Shown here: piece after piece, positions 37,796 through 47,919 of the stretch
Layout of the letters: each line of letters starts with the position of its first letter
How positions within the stretch are numbered: the stretch's first letter is position 1
From: Candidatus Colwellbacteria bacterium
GTDB taxonomy: Bacteria > Patescibacteriota > Minisyncoccia > UBA6257 > Colwellbacteraceae
Length of the DNA: 64,000 nucleotides
Direction of reading: 5' to 3'
Assembly (NCBI GenBank): GCA_028710275.1
Contig: JAQTUL010000001.1
Span: forward strand, 921-64,920
Translations under genes and position numbers: made by a program
Notes under the pieces: generated by a model
Database searches by the model: none
Told to the model about the DNA's origin: nothing
What the model saw: only the letters and a program-made list of their open reading frames with translations

Positions 37796-38881
37796 TTAAT
37801 CGATACACCCCGCTCTAGCAATATCCACTTTTCTACCTACTCCTCCTCCGTTACCATCATCTGGACCACAATACCACTTCCAGAAACACTGAGACTTGTC
37901 TTTCGTGAGAAGATATAATCGGTACCAGTTTCTGATTCGTAGAGACTTCACCTTGATTCTAAATTTCTTGAGCCTATTCAAATGCATCTTTTGAAGATAT
38001 AGATTGTATTTAAATTTATTCATACTCAAATACTCCCAATCCCATGGTTTCTCCGGATGCGCGAGAACAAACTCGGGAGTAATGTTCGGATTCGAACTCA
38101 ATCCCCCCCAATTCCATGGTTTCTCCGGATGTGAGAGAACAAACTCGGGTGTGATACTTGGATTCCTACTCAAAGAATACCAATCCCACGGTTTCTCCGA
38201 ATGTGAGAGAACAAACTCGGGTGTGATACTTGGATTACTACTCAAAGAATACCAATTCCATGGTTTCTCTGGATGAGCGAGAACAAACTCGGGAGTCATA
38301 CTCGGATTCCTACTCAAATACTCCCAATCCCATGGCTTGTCCGGATGTGAGAGAACAAACTCGGGTGTGATACTTGGATTACTACTCAAAGAATACCAAT
38401 TCCATGGCTTGTCCGGATGGGAGAGAACAAACTCGGGAGTTATGTTCGGATTACAACTCAATTCAAACCAATCCCATGGTTTCTCCGGATGGGCGAGAAC
38501 AAACTCGGGAGTGATACTCGGATTCCCACTCAACAAGTCCCAATCCCATGGTTTCCCTGGATGTGTGAGAACAAACTCGGGAGTGATACTCGGATTCTCG
38601 CTCAACCAATACCAATCCCATGATTTCTCTGGATGAGCGAGAACAAACTCGGGAGTGATACTCGGATTCTCGCTCAACCAATACCAATCCCATGATTTCT
38701 CTGGATGAGCGAGAACAAACTCGGGGGTGATATTCGGGTTCCCACTCAGCATGTGCCAATCCCACGGTTTCTCTGGATGAGCGAGAACAAACTCAAGTGT
38801 GATACTCTGATTATAACTCAACCATTCCCAACTCCATGGGTTATCCGGATGAGAGAGAATAATCGATTCTAATGGAGTCAT
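37796..38881 (-). CDS. Tandem 23/24-aa repeat protein, consensus LS.NP(N/S)ITPEFVL(A/S)HPEKPWDW, ~13 repeats; C-terminal basic/Cys module
   Basis: Repeats explicit in the translation. The C-terminal module QKMHLNRLKKFRIKVKSLRIRNWYRLYLLTKDKSQCFWKWYCGPDD is shared with 39219..39596. Confidence 0.55.
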   Translation of the reverse strand: MTPLESIILSHPDNPWSWEWLSYNQSITLEFVLAHPEKPWDWHMLSGNPNITPEFVLAHPEKSWDWYWLSENPSITPEFVLAHPEKSWDWYWLSENPSITPEFVLTHPGKPWDWDLLSGNPSITPEFVLAHPEKPWDWFELSCNPNITPEFVLSHPDKPWNWYSLSSNPSITPEFVLSHPDKPWDWEYLSRNPSMTPEFVLAHPEKPWNWYSLSSNPSITPEFVLSHSEKPWDWYSLSRNPSITPEFVLSHPEKPWNWGGLSSNPNITPEFVLAHPEKPWDWEYLSMNKFKYNLYLQKMHLNRLKKFRIKVKSLRIRNWYRLYLLTKDKSQCFWKWYCGPDDGNGGGVGRKVDIARAGCID

Positions 38882-38912
38882 TTGTGAAGTAAATACTTAT
38901 ATAATACGTACA

Positions 38913-38926
38913 GAATCACTTTTTGA
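38913..38926 (-). promoter_or_regulatory. Upstream motif variant (agaatcactttttg) ~35 nt before ATG 38881 Confidence 0.35.
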
Positions 38927-39218
38927 GAGTCTATATCATCTTCTCTGTAATCTCTCTATTCTCTTCGGGGTTGTCCGTTGGAAGAAGTTCTATCTTATTG
39001 TAGTCTTTATATAACATTCTTTCACCCATCCCGGACCTCCATCAACAGAGCAATCACCACACTTACACGTTACAAAGTGACGATCGTAAAGTGACTCGAT
39101 GATAACCATACAATTGAGACATCGGAAACGATGTCAAGATTCCTTTTTGATCGGTGATGTGTAGTATAATTCATCTATAATCTAGATTATAGATGAATTC
39201 TTTTAAGTCGAGTTCTTA

Positions 39219-40321
39219 TTAATCGATACATCCCGCTCTAACAATATCCACTTTTCTCCCTACTCCACCTCCATTCTCGTCGTCTGGACCGCAATACCAC
39301 TTCCAGAAACACTGAGACATATCCTTTGTTAGCAGATACAATCGGTACCAGTTTCTGATTCGTAGAGACTTTACCTTAGCTCTGAATTTCTTGAGTTTAT
39401 TCAAATGTATTTTCTGAAGTGACAAATCGTGTTTAAATTTATTCTCACTCATCCAACACCAATTCCATGGTATTTCCGGATGCGCGAGAACAAACTCGGG
39501 AGTAATGTTTGGATTTTTACTCAACCACCTCCAATCACATGGTTTCTCCAGATGAGAGAGAACAAACTCGGGGGTGATGTTCGGATTACTACTCAACCAC
39601 TCCCAATCTCATGGTTTTTCCGGATGAGTGAGAATAAACTCGGGGGTGATGCTCGGATTGTTACTCAACATATACCAATTCCATGGTATTTCCGGATGCG
39701 CGAGAACAAACTCGGGGGTGATGTTTGGATTTTTACTCAACCACCTCCAATCCCATGGTTTCTCCGGATGAGAGAGAACAAACTCGGGGTGATGTTCGGA
39801 TTACTACTCAACCACTCCCAATCCCATGGTTTTTCCGGATGAGTGAGAATAAACTCAGGGGTGATGTTCGGATTGTTACTCAACATATACCAATTCCATG
39901 ATATTTCCGGATGCGCGAGAACAAACTCTGATGTGATGTTTGGATTTTTACTCAGCCAATACCAACTCCACGGTTTCTCCGGATGTGCGAGAACAAACTC
40001 GGGAGTGATACTTGGATTACTACTCAAAGATCTCCAATCACACGGTTTCTCCGGATGAGCGAGAACAAACTCAGGGGTGATATTCGGATTTCTACTCAAC
40101 AGATCCCAATCCCACGGTTTCTCCGGATGAGCGAGAACAAACTCGGGAGTGATACACGGATTTCTACTCAACAGATCCCAATCCCACGGTTTCTCCGGAT
40201 GAGCGAGAACAAACTCGAGAGTGATGTTCGGATTATTACTCAACAGATCCCAATCCCACGGTTTCTCCGGATGTGCAAGAACAATTAATTCTAATGGAGA
40301 CATGGGTGAAGTTGATGACAT
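39219..40321 (-). pseudogene. Paralog of 37796..38881, split into ORFs 39737..40321 and 39219..39596 by a 1-nt deletion in a G-run near 39781 (frameshifted pseudogene or homopolymer error)
   Basis: The unit at ~39775-39790 reads aaactcggggtgatg versus the consensus aaactcggg(a/g)gtgat. The reading frame then ends ...NITPSLFSLIRRNHGIGGG*. Downstream ORF 39219..39596 keeps the same repeats and the C-terminal module. Confidence 0.5.
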
Positions 40322-40325
40322 ATCG

Positions 40326-40934
40326 TTAAACTAGACTAACCTCTAAGACTCTTTGCCCACAAACACTCAATAATAATGTAGCATATATATGAACCCAATT
40401 ATAAACACTTTTTATGAATAGACCAAATCCCATAAGAGAGAATCCATATCCCATGAACTCGAAAAAGTAAGGATCGATATATGTGAAATCAAAATTTCTT
40501 ACAGGGATAACTGGGAGATCACCATCTCGATCACCGATCAGAGCGATGATCATAGTTGTGAATCCGATAATAAGAATAGACCACCAGACAATCTTTCCGG
40601 ATAGAGCAAATGCTCGATGAGTTAGCTTGACTCCAATGAAGAGATATGCGAAGAAACGGATAAACCACACGACAGTGATAACAGAGATTATGATTGTAAG
40701 AAGAGAGAAAATAGTAATAGTTACAGGATGTGTGATCAATCTCGCAAACCAGACTCGAGACATCTTGTATGTGTATCGACAAGTTGGACATTCATATGTA
40801 TATCTATTGTTTCGTACACGAAGTTCATCAAGACAGTTCTCATGTATATGACTACATCTACATGGGCGAAACAACTTTCCCTTGGAGATATCCACTCCCT
40901 CCAAACAGAGAAAACATTCTCGGTCGTCAGCCAT
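40326..40934 (-). CDS. RING-CH (MARCH-like, C4HC3) zinc-finger membrane protein
   Basis: CFLCLEG...LFRPCRCSHIHENCLDELRV...YECPTCRY followed by two or more TM helices. Confidence 0.5.
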   Translation of the reverse strand: MADDRECFLCLEGVDISKGKLFRPCRCSHIHENCLDELRVRNNRYTYECPTCRYTYKMSRVWFARLITHPVTITIFSLLTIIISVITVVWFIRFFAYLFIGVKLTHRAFALSGKIVWWSILIIGFTTMIIALIGDRDGDLPVIPVRNFDFTYIDPYFFEFMGYGFSLMGFGLFIKSVYNWVHIYATLLLSVCGQRVLEVSLV

Positions 40935-41020
40935 GATGGAAGATACTAGTGTTTTAAAAATTAATCCAATGATTCATTTTTAAAATCTCCGGTTTAATAA
41001 ATTTACGTCTGATAACAGAC

Positions 41021-41362
41021 ATGTACAAAATAGATATCGAGAAGAGGACTTTGGAGAATACATACTACAGAAGAGTACTATACACTAACAGAAAACAACA
41101 ACTAGTTGTTATGAATCTTCTTCCAAAAGAGGAGATCGGAAGAGAAAAACATTCGGGATCACAGTTCTTTAGAATTGAAGAGGGATCCGGAAGGGCTTAT
41201 GTTGATGATCAATGGGTCAAATTATCACCGGGAAGTGTGTTAATTATCAATCCGGGTATGTATCATAATATCATTGCTGGAATGGGGGGCTTAAAACTCT
41301 ATACAATCTATTCTCCACCGCAACATCCCAAGGGAACTAAAGAAAAATATAAGAGGGAATGA
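41021..41362 (+). CDS. Cupin-fold small protein
   Basis: GSVLIINPGMYHNIIAGMGGLKLYTIYSPPQHPKG. Typical cupin motif-2-like P-G-x-x-H-x-x-x-N. Confidence 0.4.
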   Translation: MYKIDIEKRTLENTYYRRVLYTNRKQQLVVMNLLPKEEIGREKHSGSQFFRIEEGSGRAYVDDQWVKLSPGSVLIINPGMYHNIIAGMGGLKLYTIYSPPQHPKGTKEKYKRE

Positions 41363-41375
41363 ACCTTTGTGAATA

Positions 41376-41588
41376 TTAAGGTTTGATAGCTGCAAACTCA
41401 TCCATTGTTAGTAAAAGTTCCTTTCCTTCAAAATTCCAATATAATTTCCAATGTGTAATATCAACCTGCTTATTTTCAGAGGCCTGCCATAACCATTTAC
41501 CATCAATCTTTTCCTTCAGAATAAATCTCGGAGAGAAAGGATTTTGATATTTGGATACTATAGCTTTCCATTGTCGAGGAGAAACCAT
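41376..41588 (-). CDS. Small hypothetical protein (70 aa)
   Basis: ORF only. Confidence 0.25.
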   Translation of the reverse strand: MVSPRQWKAIVSKYQNPFSPRFILKEKIDGKWLWQASENKQVDITHWKLYWNFEGKELLLTMDEFAAIKP

Positions 41589-41615
41589 TGAGATAGAGTA
41601 TACTAGCGACTGGTA

Positions 41616-43193
41616 TTATTTGATTAAATTCGATTTTAAAAATCTTTGATATTCGTTTTCAATAAATATTTTTAACTCTTTCGGCCTCTCGTATGTGTAT
41701 GTATAAGGAATAATTATAATATAAACTCCGTGATCAATACACAACTTCATTTTCCTTTCGTCTCTTTCCTGTTGTTTTTCAAATGAATCGTCTTCTCTAT
41801 GAAAATGAGGGACGTGTTGATAGTGTTGAAGCCCGTTATATTCGAATGCGAGATTAAGTGATTCACAGTATCCATCTAACTCTAAATTCTCTAACCAATT
41901 GGGTTTAACTTTTATAAATTTAGAACCAGAGATTTCATCCAAAATCTCACGGCATAATTGTTCCGATTTCCATCGGCATTTGGGACACCAATGGAATTGT
42001 CTGATATCTGCGTAGAAATTTTTCCAGATATGATTCTTTTTACATTTCCATCCCTCAACCGATATTCTAGTATTAAGTGGTATAGTATCTAATATATATT
42101 CCCCACCCATTTCTATGGCTAATTCTTTATAATCTTTTAATATCTTTGGTTTATTTCCATAACATTCCGGACACCATTTATTTTGCTGTATACTATTGTA
42201 TTTGGAAGACCATACATGGTTATTTTCACATCTCCATGCATCAACTGCTAAAACTCCTGTATGGTGGGGAATATTATCTAATATATATTCACCTCCCATT
42301 TCTACAGCTAACTCTTTATAATCATCTAAAATTTTTGGTTTATTTCCCGCACATACTGGACACCAGTAATTGAGGATATTGTGGTAAGAACTGTTCCAAA
42401 TATGTCCTTCCTCACACTCCCATCCTTTAATCAATATGTCTGTATTTTCAGGTATGTTATCTAAAATATATTCACCTCCCTTTTTTACAGCTAACTCTTT
42501 ATAATCATCTAAAATTTTTGGTTTATTTCCCGCACATTCAGGACACCATTGTCCATTAGATATATTGTTATATCTAGCAGACCATATATGATTATGCTGA
42601 CATTTCCATCCTTTTATTGGTTCGGTTACATTTTGAGGTATAATATCTAAAATATATTCACCTCCTTTATCGAGGGCTAAATTTTTATAATCACATAATT
42701 TCTTTGGTTTTAAGTTTTTACATTCTCTACACCAACCATCACCTTTTATTCCTTTTATAAAATTGTGACCTTTTTCACAGTAAAAAATAAGTTTATTTTT
42801 GTTACAACATGTTTCATATCTTGGACAATTTTTGTTTCTTGGGTGTACAAACGAACTTGTATTTTTTGTCGAAAAACTTCTCTTGTAACATGACGCACAC
42901 TTTTTATTATGGCACAATTTACGGCTATTAGGTTTACAATCAGTTATTACCATATTTTCGATATGACATTTTTCACATAAATTTTCATTATCACCAATAC
43001 CCCTAATTTTCACATCCCAATAATTATATAAGATATGACATCTTTCACATTCATTTTCAAAATATAAAATCGGTTCATTAGGCCAACTATCAATTATACA
43101 ATTCAAACACAAATCCTTTTCTTGAGGCGATATATTTATAACTTTTTCGATATCTTTTGTATCGAATAATTTATGACACAGTAGACAATTCAT
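41616..43193 (-). CDS. Four tandem ~47-aa Cys-rich (zinc-ribbon-like) repeats plus C-terminal endonuclease-like domain (LAFEYNGLQHYQHV...ERDERKMKLC); same architecture as 11859..13187
   Basis: Repeats GNKPKILDDYKELAVKKGGEYILDNIP...KGWECEEGHIWNSSY...WCPVCAG x4. C-terminal E-Y-N-G-x-Q-H-Y block. Confidence 0.45.
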   Translation of the reverse strand: MNCLLCHKLFDTKDIEKVINISPQEKDLCLNCIIDSWPNEPILYFENECERCHILYNYWDVKIRGIGDNENLCEKCHIENMVITDCKPNSRKLCHNKKCASCYKRSFSTKNTSSFVHPRNKNCPRYETCCNKNKLIFYCEKGHNFIKGIKGDGWCRECKNLKPKKLCDYKNLALDKGGEYILDIIPQNVTEPIKGWKCQHNHIWSARYNNISNGQWCPECAGNKPKILDDYKELAVKKGGEYILDNIPENTDILIKGWECEEGHIWNSSYHNILNYWCPVCAGNKPKILDDYKELAVEMGGEYILDNIPHHTGVLAVDAWRCENNHVWSSKYNSIQQNKWCPECYGNKPKILKDYKELAIEMGGEYILDTIPLNTRISVEGWKCKKNHIWKNFYADIRQFHWCPKCRWKSEQLCREILDEISGSKFIKVKPNWLENLELDGYCESLNLAFEYNGLQHYQHVPHFHREDDSFEKQQERDERKMKLCIDHGVYIIIIPYTYTYERPKELKIFIENEYQRFLKSNLIK

Positions 43194-43282
43194 TGTAGTA
43201 TGATGTTAATATGTTTATCTGATTCTTTCATCATTTTTATTTAATAGTTTAATGTTTTGCTATATGTAATTATAGCAAAACA

Positions 43283-44623
43283 ATGAGCGGGGTTCAGATG
43301 CCAAAAAGATGCTCGTATGTACTTCCATCTGTCGAGTCGTTTCATATTCTCAGAGCTCCAAGTAGTTCTATCCATACAAGAAAGAAAGAAAGAATAGACA
43401 TGAGCGACGTTACCTGGATGATAAGAAATGATGATTCTCGTATTAATGAAGGAATTTCATACCTGCAGAAAGGTGTGAATCCCATGATTGATGTTTCTTA
43501 TAATACCAACGGTATGGGAGGCTCGAGATTGACAACAATGAGTAATAGTGTACAAGGGTCAATTCCGTACAAGGTGATGCGAAACGGTAGTTTCCGGCCG
43601 CCGATTTTTACTCAGGAGGATCTTCTTCCCCTCTCTCGTCAGAGACGATCAGAGACCGCAGCAATTACAAATCCCGGTATCAGATCGGGATTCAGTATTC
43701 ATAATCTCCAATCTCAAATAGATGTGGGAGCAGTTAATGCCGCAATCGATAAGGAGAAGATCAACTATATTTCAGCTCGTCCTACCGCTGTATATAGAAT
43801 GGAGATCCCTCAAGAAGTCTTTTCGGGTCATAGACTTAAAGATCCTCTGAAGGTCTCTGCTTCCGCTGGTTACATGGGTAATCAGAACTATGATATTGCT
43901 CGTGTAGCGCCTCAGAATTCTCCGATGGAGGCATCTCGTGATCGACTGGATGTCTCTGCTGCTCCGAACGTAAACAATCCAAATGCGAATACAACTCGCG
44001 ATGATAGTATTGATATCAATAACTATATCAAGGATAACATTATTCTTAAGAACATCAGTCCTAACTTTCGTATCATGGTCTTCGATAGCAACAATAAGAA
44101 CTACTCCGAAGTCTTCTCTAGTATCAAGGAGAAGCTTAATATTGCAGTTCAGAGTAGTTTGAACAATCCTATCAGTCTAGCTCGAAGTGACGGTACTCAG
44201 ATCAAGATTAAGGATTACAGATGGCAGATTGTAACTAGTGCAGTGGGAGGTGATAATCTTGTTCTTCTTCCTCAGAATGCTCCCGATCTTCAATTGGAGA
44301 GAAATACACCTCTGTACGCGGTCGGAACAAATACGAGTGGTTACACAAAGCAAGAGCGATTCCATACAATAGATCCTCTAATGGGAAGTCAAGTTCAGGC
44401 TTCAGCTGGTTCAGGTGTCTCTATGAGATACGGAAGACAGGAGGCAATTCACGATGTCGAGAGAAATATGAATCTGAGAGGCATGGGAACTGTGGGTGGA
44501 CATAGTAATATGGGAAGTATGCCTATTCAACAGAATCATGACATTCCGACTTTGAGTAGTAAGAACATTAGTGTCAAACAAGCGGCAGCTCAGGAAATGG
44601 GAAGTCGTTACAACCAGTATTAA
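43283..44623 (+). CDS. Hypothetical protein (446 aa; polar, Ser/Asn/Gly-rich), possibly a virion component
   Basis: ORF only. The real start may be the internal MSDVTWM. Confidence 0.4.
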   Translation: MSGVQMPKRCSYVLPSVESFHILRAPSSSIHTRKKERIDMSDVTWMIRNDDSRINEGISYLQKGVNPMIDVSYNTNGMGGSRLTTMSNSVQGSIPYKVMRNGSFRPPIFTQEDLLPLSRQRRSETAAITNPGIRSGFSIHNLQSQIDVGAVNAAIDKEKINYISARPTAVYRMEIPQEVFSGHRLKDPLKVSASAGYMGNQNYDIARVAPQNSPMEASRDRLDVSAAPNVNNPNANTTRDDSIDINNYIKDNIILKNISPNFRIMVFDSNNKNYSEVFSSIKEKLNIAVQSSLNNPISLARSDGTQIKIKDYRWQIVTSAVGGDNLVLLPQNAPDLQLERNTPLYAVGTNTSGYTKQERFHTIDPLMGSQVQASAGSGVSMRYGRQEAIHDVERNMNLRGMGTVGGHSNMGSMPIQQNHDIPTLSSKNISVKQAAAQEMGSRYNQY

Positions 44624-44669
44624 ATCTCTTTATTTTATTGTGACTTCACAATAAAATATTTATAAGTTA

Positions 44670-44918
44670 TTATTTTTGATTTGCGAGACTATCAATCATA
44701 TCCCTCATCAAGATAATCGGATAAACAACACCGAAAATAGACAGAGGGATCATGATCTTCATTAAAGGAAACCATAAATATAATCCGAATTCTGTGACCA
44801 ATGAGAGAATTGTTATCCAGAAACAGACAATTATTGTCTGTTTCAATACTCTTCTATCGATAGCATTATATGATGAACGCATTTCAACCTTTGGTTTGAT
44901 ACTATCAAACGGTTCCAA
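44670..44918 (-). CDS. Small predicted membrane protein (82 aa)
   Basis: Hydrophobic segments. Adjacent to the aquaporin-like ORF. Confidence 0.25.
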   Translation of the reverse strand: MEPFDSIKPKVEMRSSYNAIDRRVLKQTIIVCFWITILSLVTEFGLYLWFPLMKIMIPLSIFGVVYPIILMRDMIDSLANQK

Positions 44919-44953
44919 CTTTTATTCTTATAAGAATAAAAGTCAATTTAGAT

Positions 44954-45241
44954 CTATTGTACTATATGTTTATAATTTCTCCCATACTTATACCAGAGCA
45001 AGGCGATAATCATACCAATCAACTGAGCGCAGATATATGCGATACACTTCTTGATAGGCATGTCACCTTTGATACACGACATAATACTGATTGTACTGTT
45101 GAAATGTCCACCACTCACCTTTCCGAATGCATACATCATAGCAAGAAGACCGATAGCAATCTCTATAGGTTTACCCGATGAGAGAATAATAATAAAGAAC
45201 AAAGCTGTTCCTATAGTTTCGGCGAGTAACGCGAGTAGCAT
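44954..45241 (-). CDS. MIP/aquaporin-like half-protein (95 aa: TM1-TM2-loop B-TM3) with NPA box changed to NST; truncated or half-size channel gene
   Basis: FGKVSGGHFNSTIS is close to AqpZ HISGGHFNPAVT. KKCIAYICAQLIGMIIALLWY is close to KEVVGYVIAQVVGGIVAAALLY. N-terminal AETIGTALFFIII is close to AEF.GTF.LVF. No second half within the ORF. Confidence 0.5.
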   Translation of the reverse strand: MLLALLAETIGTALFFIIILSSGKPIEIAIGLLAMMYAFGKVSGGHFNSTISIMSCIKGDMPIKKCIAYICAQLIGMIIALLWYKYGRNYKHIVQ

Positions 45242-45332
45242 CTTTCATATCGTAAAGATTAAAAAGTTGGAATACGTTCGAGTTTGACGATTCGTTTGCA
45301 AGTTCTGAAGTATTTTATTTGATACAAGTCTG

Positions 45333-47807
45333 TTACACGATCGATTCCTCCTCAATACGAATAGTACCAATCGTACTCTCTTCGATTTCATCTTCAACAG
45401 GATTTCGATATTCACCGGTTAGAGTCTCCTTTTTGTCGACTTTGTGTGTCGTTCCCCAGCTGAAATCGTCCATATTGAGGAATGCGTATAATGGAAGAAT
45501 GATAGTCCAAATTGGAAATGCCAGGGTATAGATAAAAAACCAGATAATATACATGAGATCTCTCTTAATGATAAAAATCAGAATCTGTACAGCTCCAACA
45601 CTACAGACGATGATAATAAATACAATTGGAACAGTAGTTCCTGTAGCAAATGCGTAGATAAGATAGATAAAATATCCGGACATAATAGGAAGTGAAATTG
45701 TAGTTAGAATATCCATCAGAACAATAAACTTCATAGAACAACAACAGATTCCACACAAGCGATCGAGTAACATAAGCTCGAGAAGATTATGGAGAGTACT
45801 GTTTATCCATCGGCGACGTTGTGATAACAAGACTCGCCAATTACTCGGTACATTAGTCTCGCATCGAGCTTCACCGACAAATTTAATCTTCCAGGTGGGG
45901 AAGTATTTGTTCAACAACGTCGTAAAGAATCGATCCTCCCCGAGATCAAAGAGATTTCTTTTATGAAGAGTGTTGATATTGTTATCTGCATAATCCTCCA
46001 AGAGTTCAGGTTTAATAAAGAGAGGCTTTCGTCTATCATCATCCGTGCGGATTCGATACATCGAGAAACATCCCGGAAGACATGTAACACTCGAGAACAT
46101 AGACTCAAACGCTTTGTTCAGCATGTGATTGATATAATATTCATACACTTGAATCGCGGTTACCCAACTCTCTGTGCGATTCGCAATAGTTGTCTCACCA
46201 CATAGAGCTATAATTCTCGGATCCTTCATTCGAAAGATCATCTGTATGATTGCATCCTCGTGAAGAAACGTATCCGCATCAACCGTCATCATGAACTTAT
46301 AACTGAATGGATCGATACCGATCGTATTCATAACACCATTATTAATGCATTTCTCAAGATCAGTCATCTCATCAACCTCTTTGAAATGAACCTTCTTAAG
46401 CCACCAATACAAAATAAGTTGTGAATCTCTCTTTCCGCGATTACCTCTACGAGGATTATTAGTTTCAGCCTCAGTCCCAGTTTTTATCACCACAACATAG
46501 GGAACTCGATGATTGTTGTTCGTGTGCCATCCGTAATAGATTTTAGCTCTGTTAAAAGCCTTTGTATCATCTCCGATACTATCGTACATAAACTCTTCAT
46601 TCGAATCATCAAGTGTTCGTCCGAAAATATTTAGAGCAATTTCTGCTGTAGATTTCTTATTTCCCTTACCTTTGATAACACCGTCTGCTACAACGAATAT
46701 AAGTTTTTTGTCATCGGGATACTCGGAATCGTAGATTGAATGAATCGTCTTTTGCATTGCATATTCCGATTCTGTGTAACACGGAACAGTTATGATGAGA
46801 TACTGAGCATCACATTTCGGATACTGTTTAATAAGTGTACACAACGATGTTAGAAACTTAATTACAAGAATACCTGCAATAGCGCATACAAAGATAAGAT
46901 ATGTGTAGTCTAGGACATGACAAACTGCATTGTATCTTGTATCGAGGGATCCAGTTTCATACCGAGAAAGATAATCCAATAGATCTTGTCGATGATACTT
47001 GGGAAATGTCTTCTCAAATAGAAGAGTAGCATCCTGCCCGATACGATTCATAATAGTAGTGTTTAGTCGTGAATCGAAGTAATATTCCATATCACGAGGA
47101 ATTGTTTCATGATCGTATTTTGATGGATAGACTCCATGCCCATATTCTACATATGAAGAGATATTGTATACTTTATTATACAGAATAAACCAGTTGGGAT
47201 TTTTTAGTTCATTAAGTTCATAGTATGTGTAAACAAGATCACCGATTGTCATTCCTTCTATCATTTGTCGAGTCTCATTTCGATAAGGATGACAGCGATT
47301 TGATGTGCAATATCGATCTGTGTCATTTACTTGTCGTTGGAGATAAACATCCAACAGGTCAGGATATAACTGAATCGTAGATGGAAGTTTGTATGAAGGA
47401 TGTGGAAGATCGAACATGTTAGTGACGTCTTGTCCGAGATATTGATTAAAGTCTGGGATTGTTCCGGGATGAACCTTGTTAAATTCCTTAACATCCAAAA
47501 CTTTACCTGATATAATCATAAGTTGCTTATTGGATTTGTAGATGTTCTCCCACGAGTAAACTGTGACATCTGGACAGAGAATCTGGGGTAGAATAGCAAC
47601 AAGAAATAGAAGAGAAAAACTAAAAGTAGCGATAAGAACAATGATAGCCACCTTTTCACGGAACGCTTGTCTGATGTCTCGATTCTTATTCAGACAACAA
47701 TCCGGGATATAGAATGTGAGAATATTACTGGCTATAAGCCATTTTTTGCGTGTAGTTGTGAGAGGATCAGTGAGAATCCTCTCACGTTCGTCGATATGTT
47801 CGGCCAT
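45333..47807 (-). CDS. Chitin synthase (GT2 family) with N-terminal cytochrome-b5-like segment
   Basis: Signatures in order: MTVDADT, CLPGCFSMYRI, LGEDRFFTTLL, LSQRRRWINST (QRRRW), DDFSWGTTHK (SWGT). Multiple TM helices. N-terminal MIISGKVLDVKEFNKVHPGT is cyt-b5-like. Confidence 0.85.
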   Translation of the reverse strand: MAEHIDERERILTDPLTTTRKKWLIASNILTFYIPDCCLNKNRDIRQAFREKVAIIVLIATFSFSLLFLVAILPQILCPDVTVYSWENIYKSNKQLMIISGKVLDVKEFNKVHPGTIPDFNQYLGQDVTNMFDLPHPSYKLPSTIQLYPDLLDVYLQRQVNDTDRYCTSNRCHPYRNETRQMIEGMTIGDLVYTYYELNELKNPNWFILYNKVYNISSYVEYGHGVYPSKYDHETIPRDMEYYFDSRLNTTIMNRIGQDATLLFEKTFPKYHRQDLLDYLSRYETGSLDTRYNAVCHVLDYTYLIFVCAIAGILVIKFLTSLCTLIKQYPKCDAQYLIITVPCYTESEYAMQKTIHSIYDSEYPDDKKLIFVVADGVIKGKGNKKSTAEIALNIFGRTLDDSNEEFMYDSIGDDTKAFNRAKIYYGWHTNNNHRVPYVVVIKTGTEAETNNPRRGNRGKRDSQLILYWWLKKVHFKEVDEMTDLEKCINNGVMNTIGIDPFSYKFMMTVDADTFLHEDAIIQMIFRMKDPRIIALCGETTIANRTESWVTAIQVYEYYINHMLNKAFESMFSSVTCLPGCFSMYRIRTDDDRRKPLFIKPELLEDYADNNINTLHKRNLFDLGEDRFFTTLLNKYFPTWKIKFVGEARCETNVPSNWRVLLSQRRRWINSTLHNLLELMLLDRLCGICCCSMKFIVLMDILTTISLPIMSGYFIYLIYAFATGTTVPIVFIIIVCSVGAVQILIFIIKRDLMYIIWFFIYTLAFPIWTIILPLYAFLNMDDFSWGTTHKVDKKETLTGEYRNPVEDEIEESTIGTIRIEEESIV

Positions 47808-47919
47808 AACTGAAGAGAGAAGTACGATAACAGACTATATTTTGGTCTATTTCAATTTTAGGGTTTTGTCTATTATTATGTAGACAAAACTCGATATCAT
47901 AAAAGATTCAGTTTAAAGA

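Noticed and set aside
38004-40288. Several + strand ORFs (38004..38276, 38337..38636, 38417..38623, 39429..39842, 39843..40058, 39983..40288)
   Set aside because: Antisense or alternative-frame read-through of the minus-strand 69-nt tandem repeats. Repetitive translation with no independent signals.
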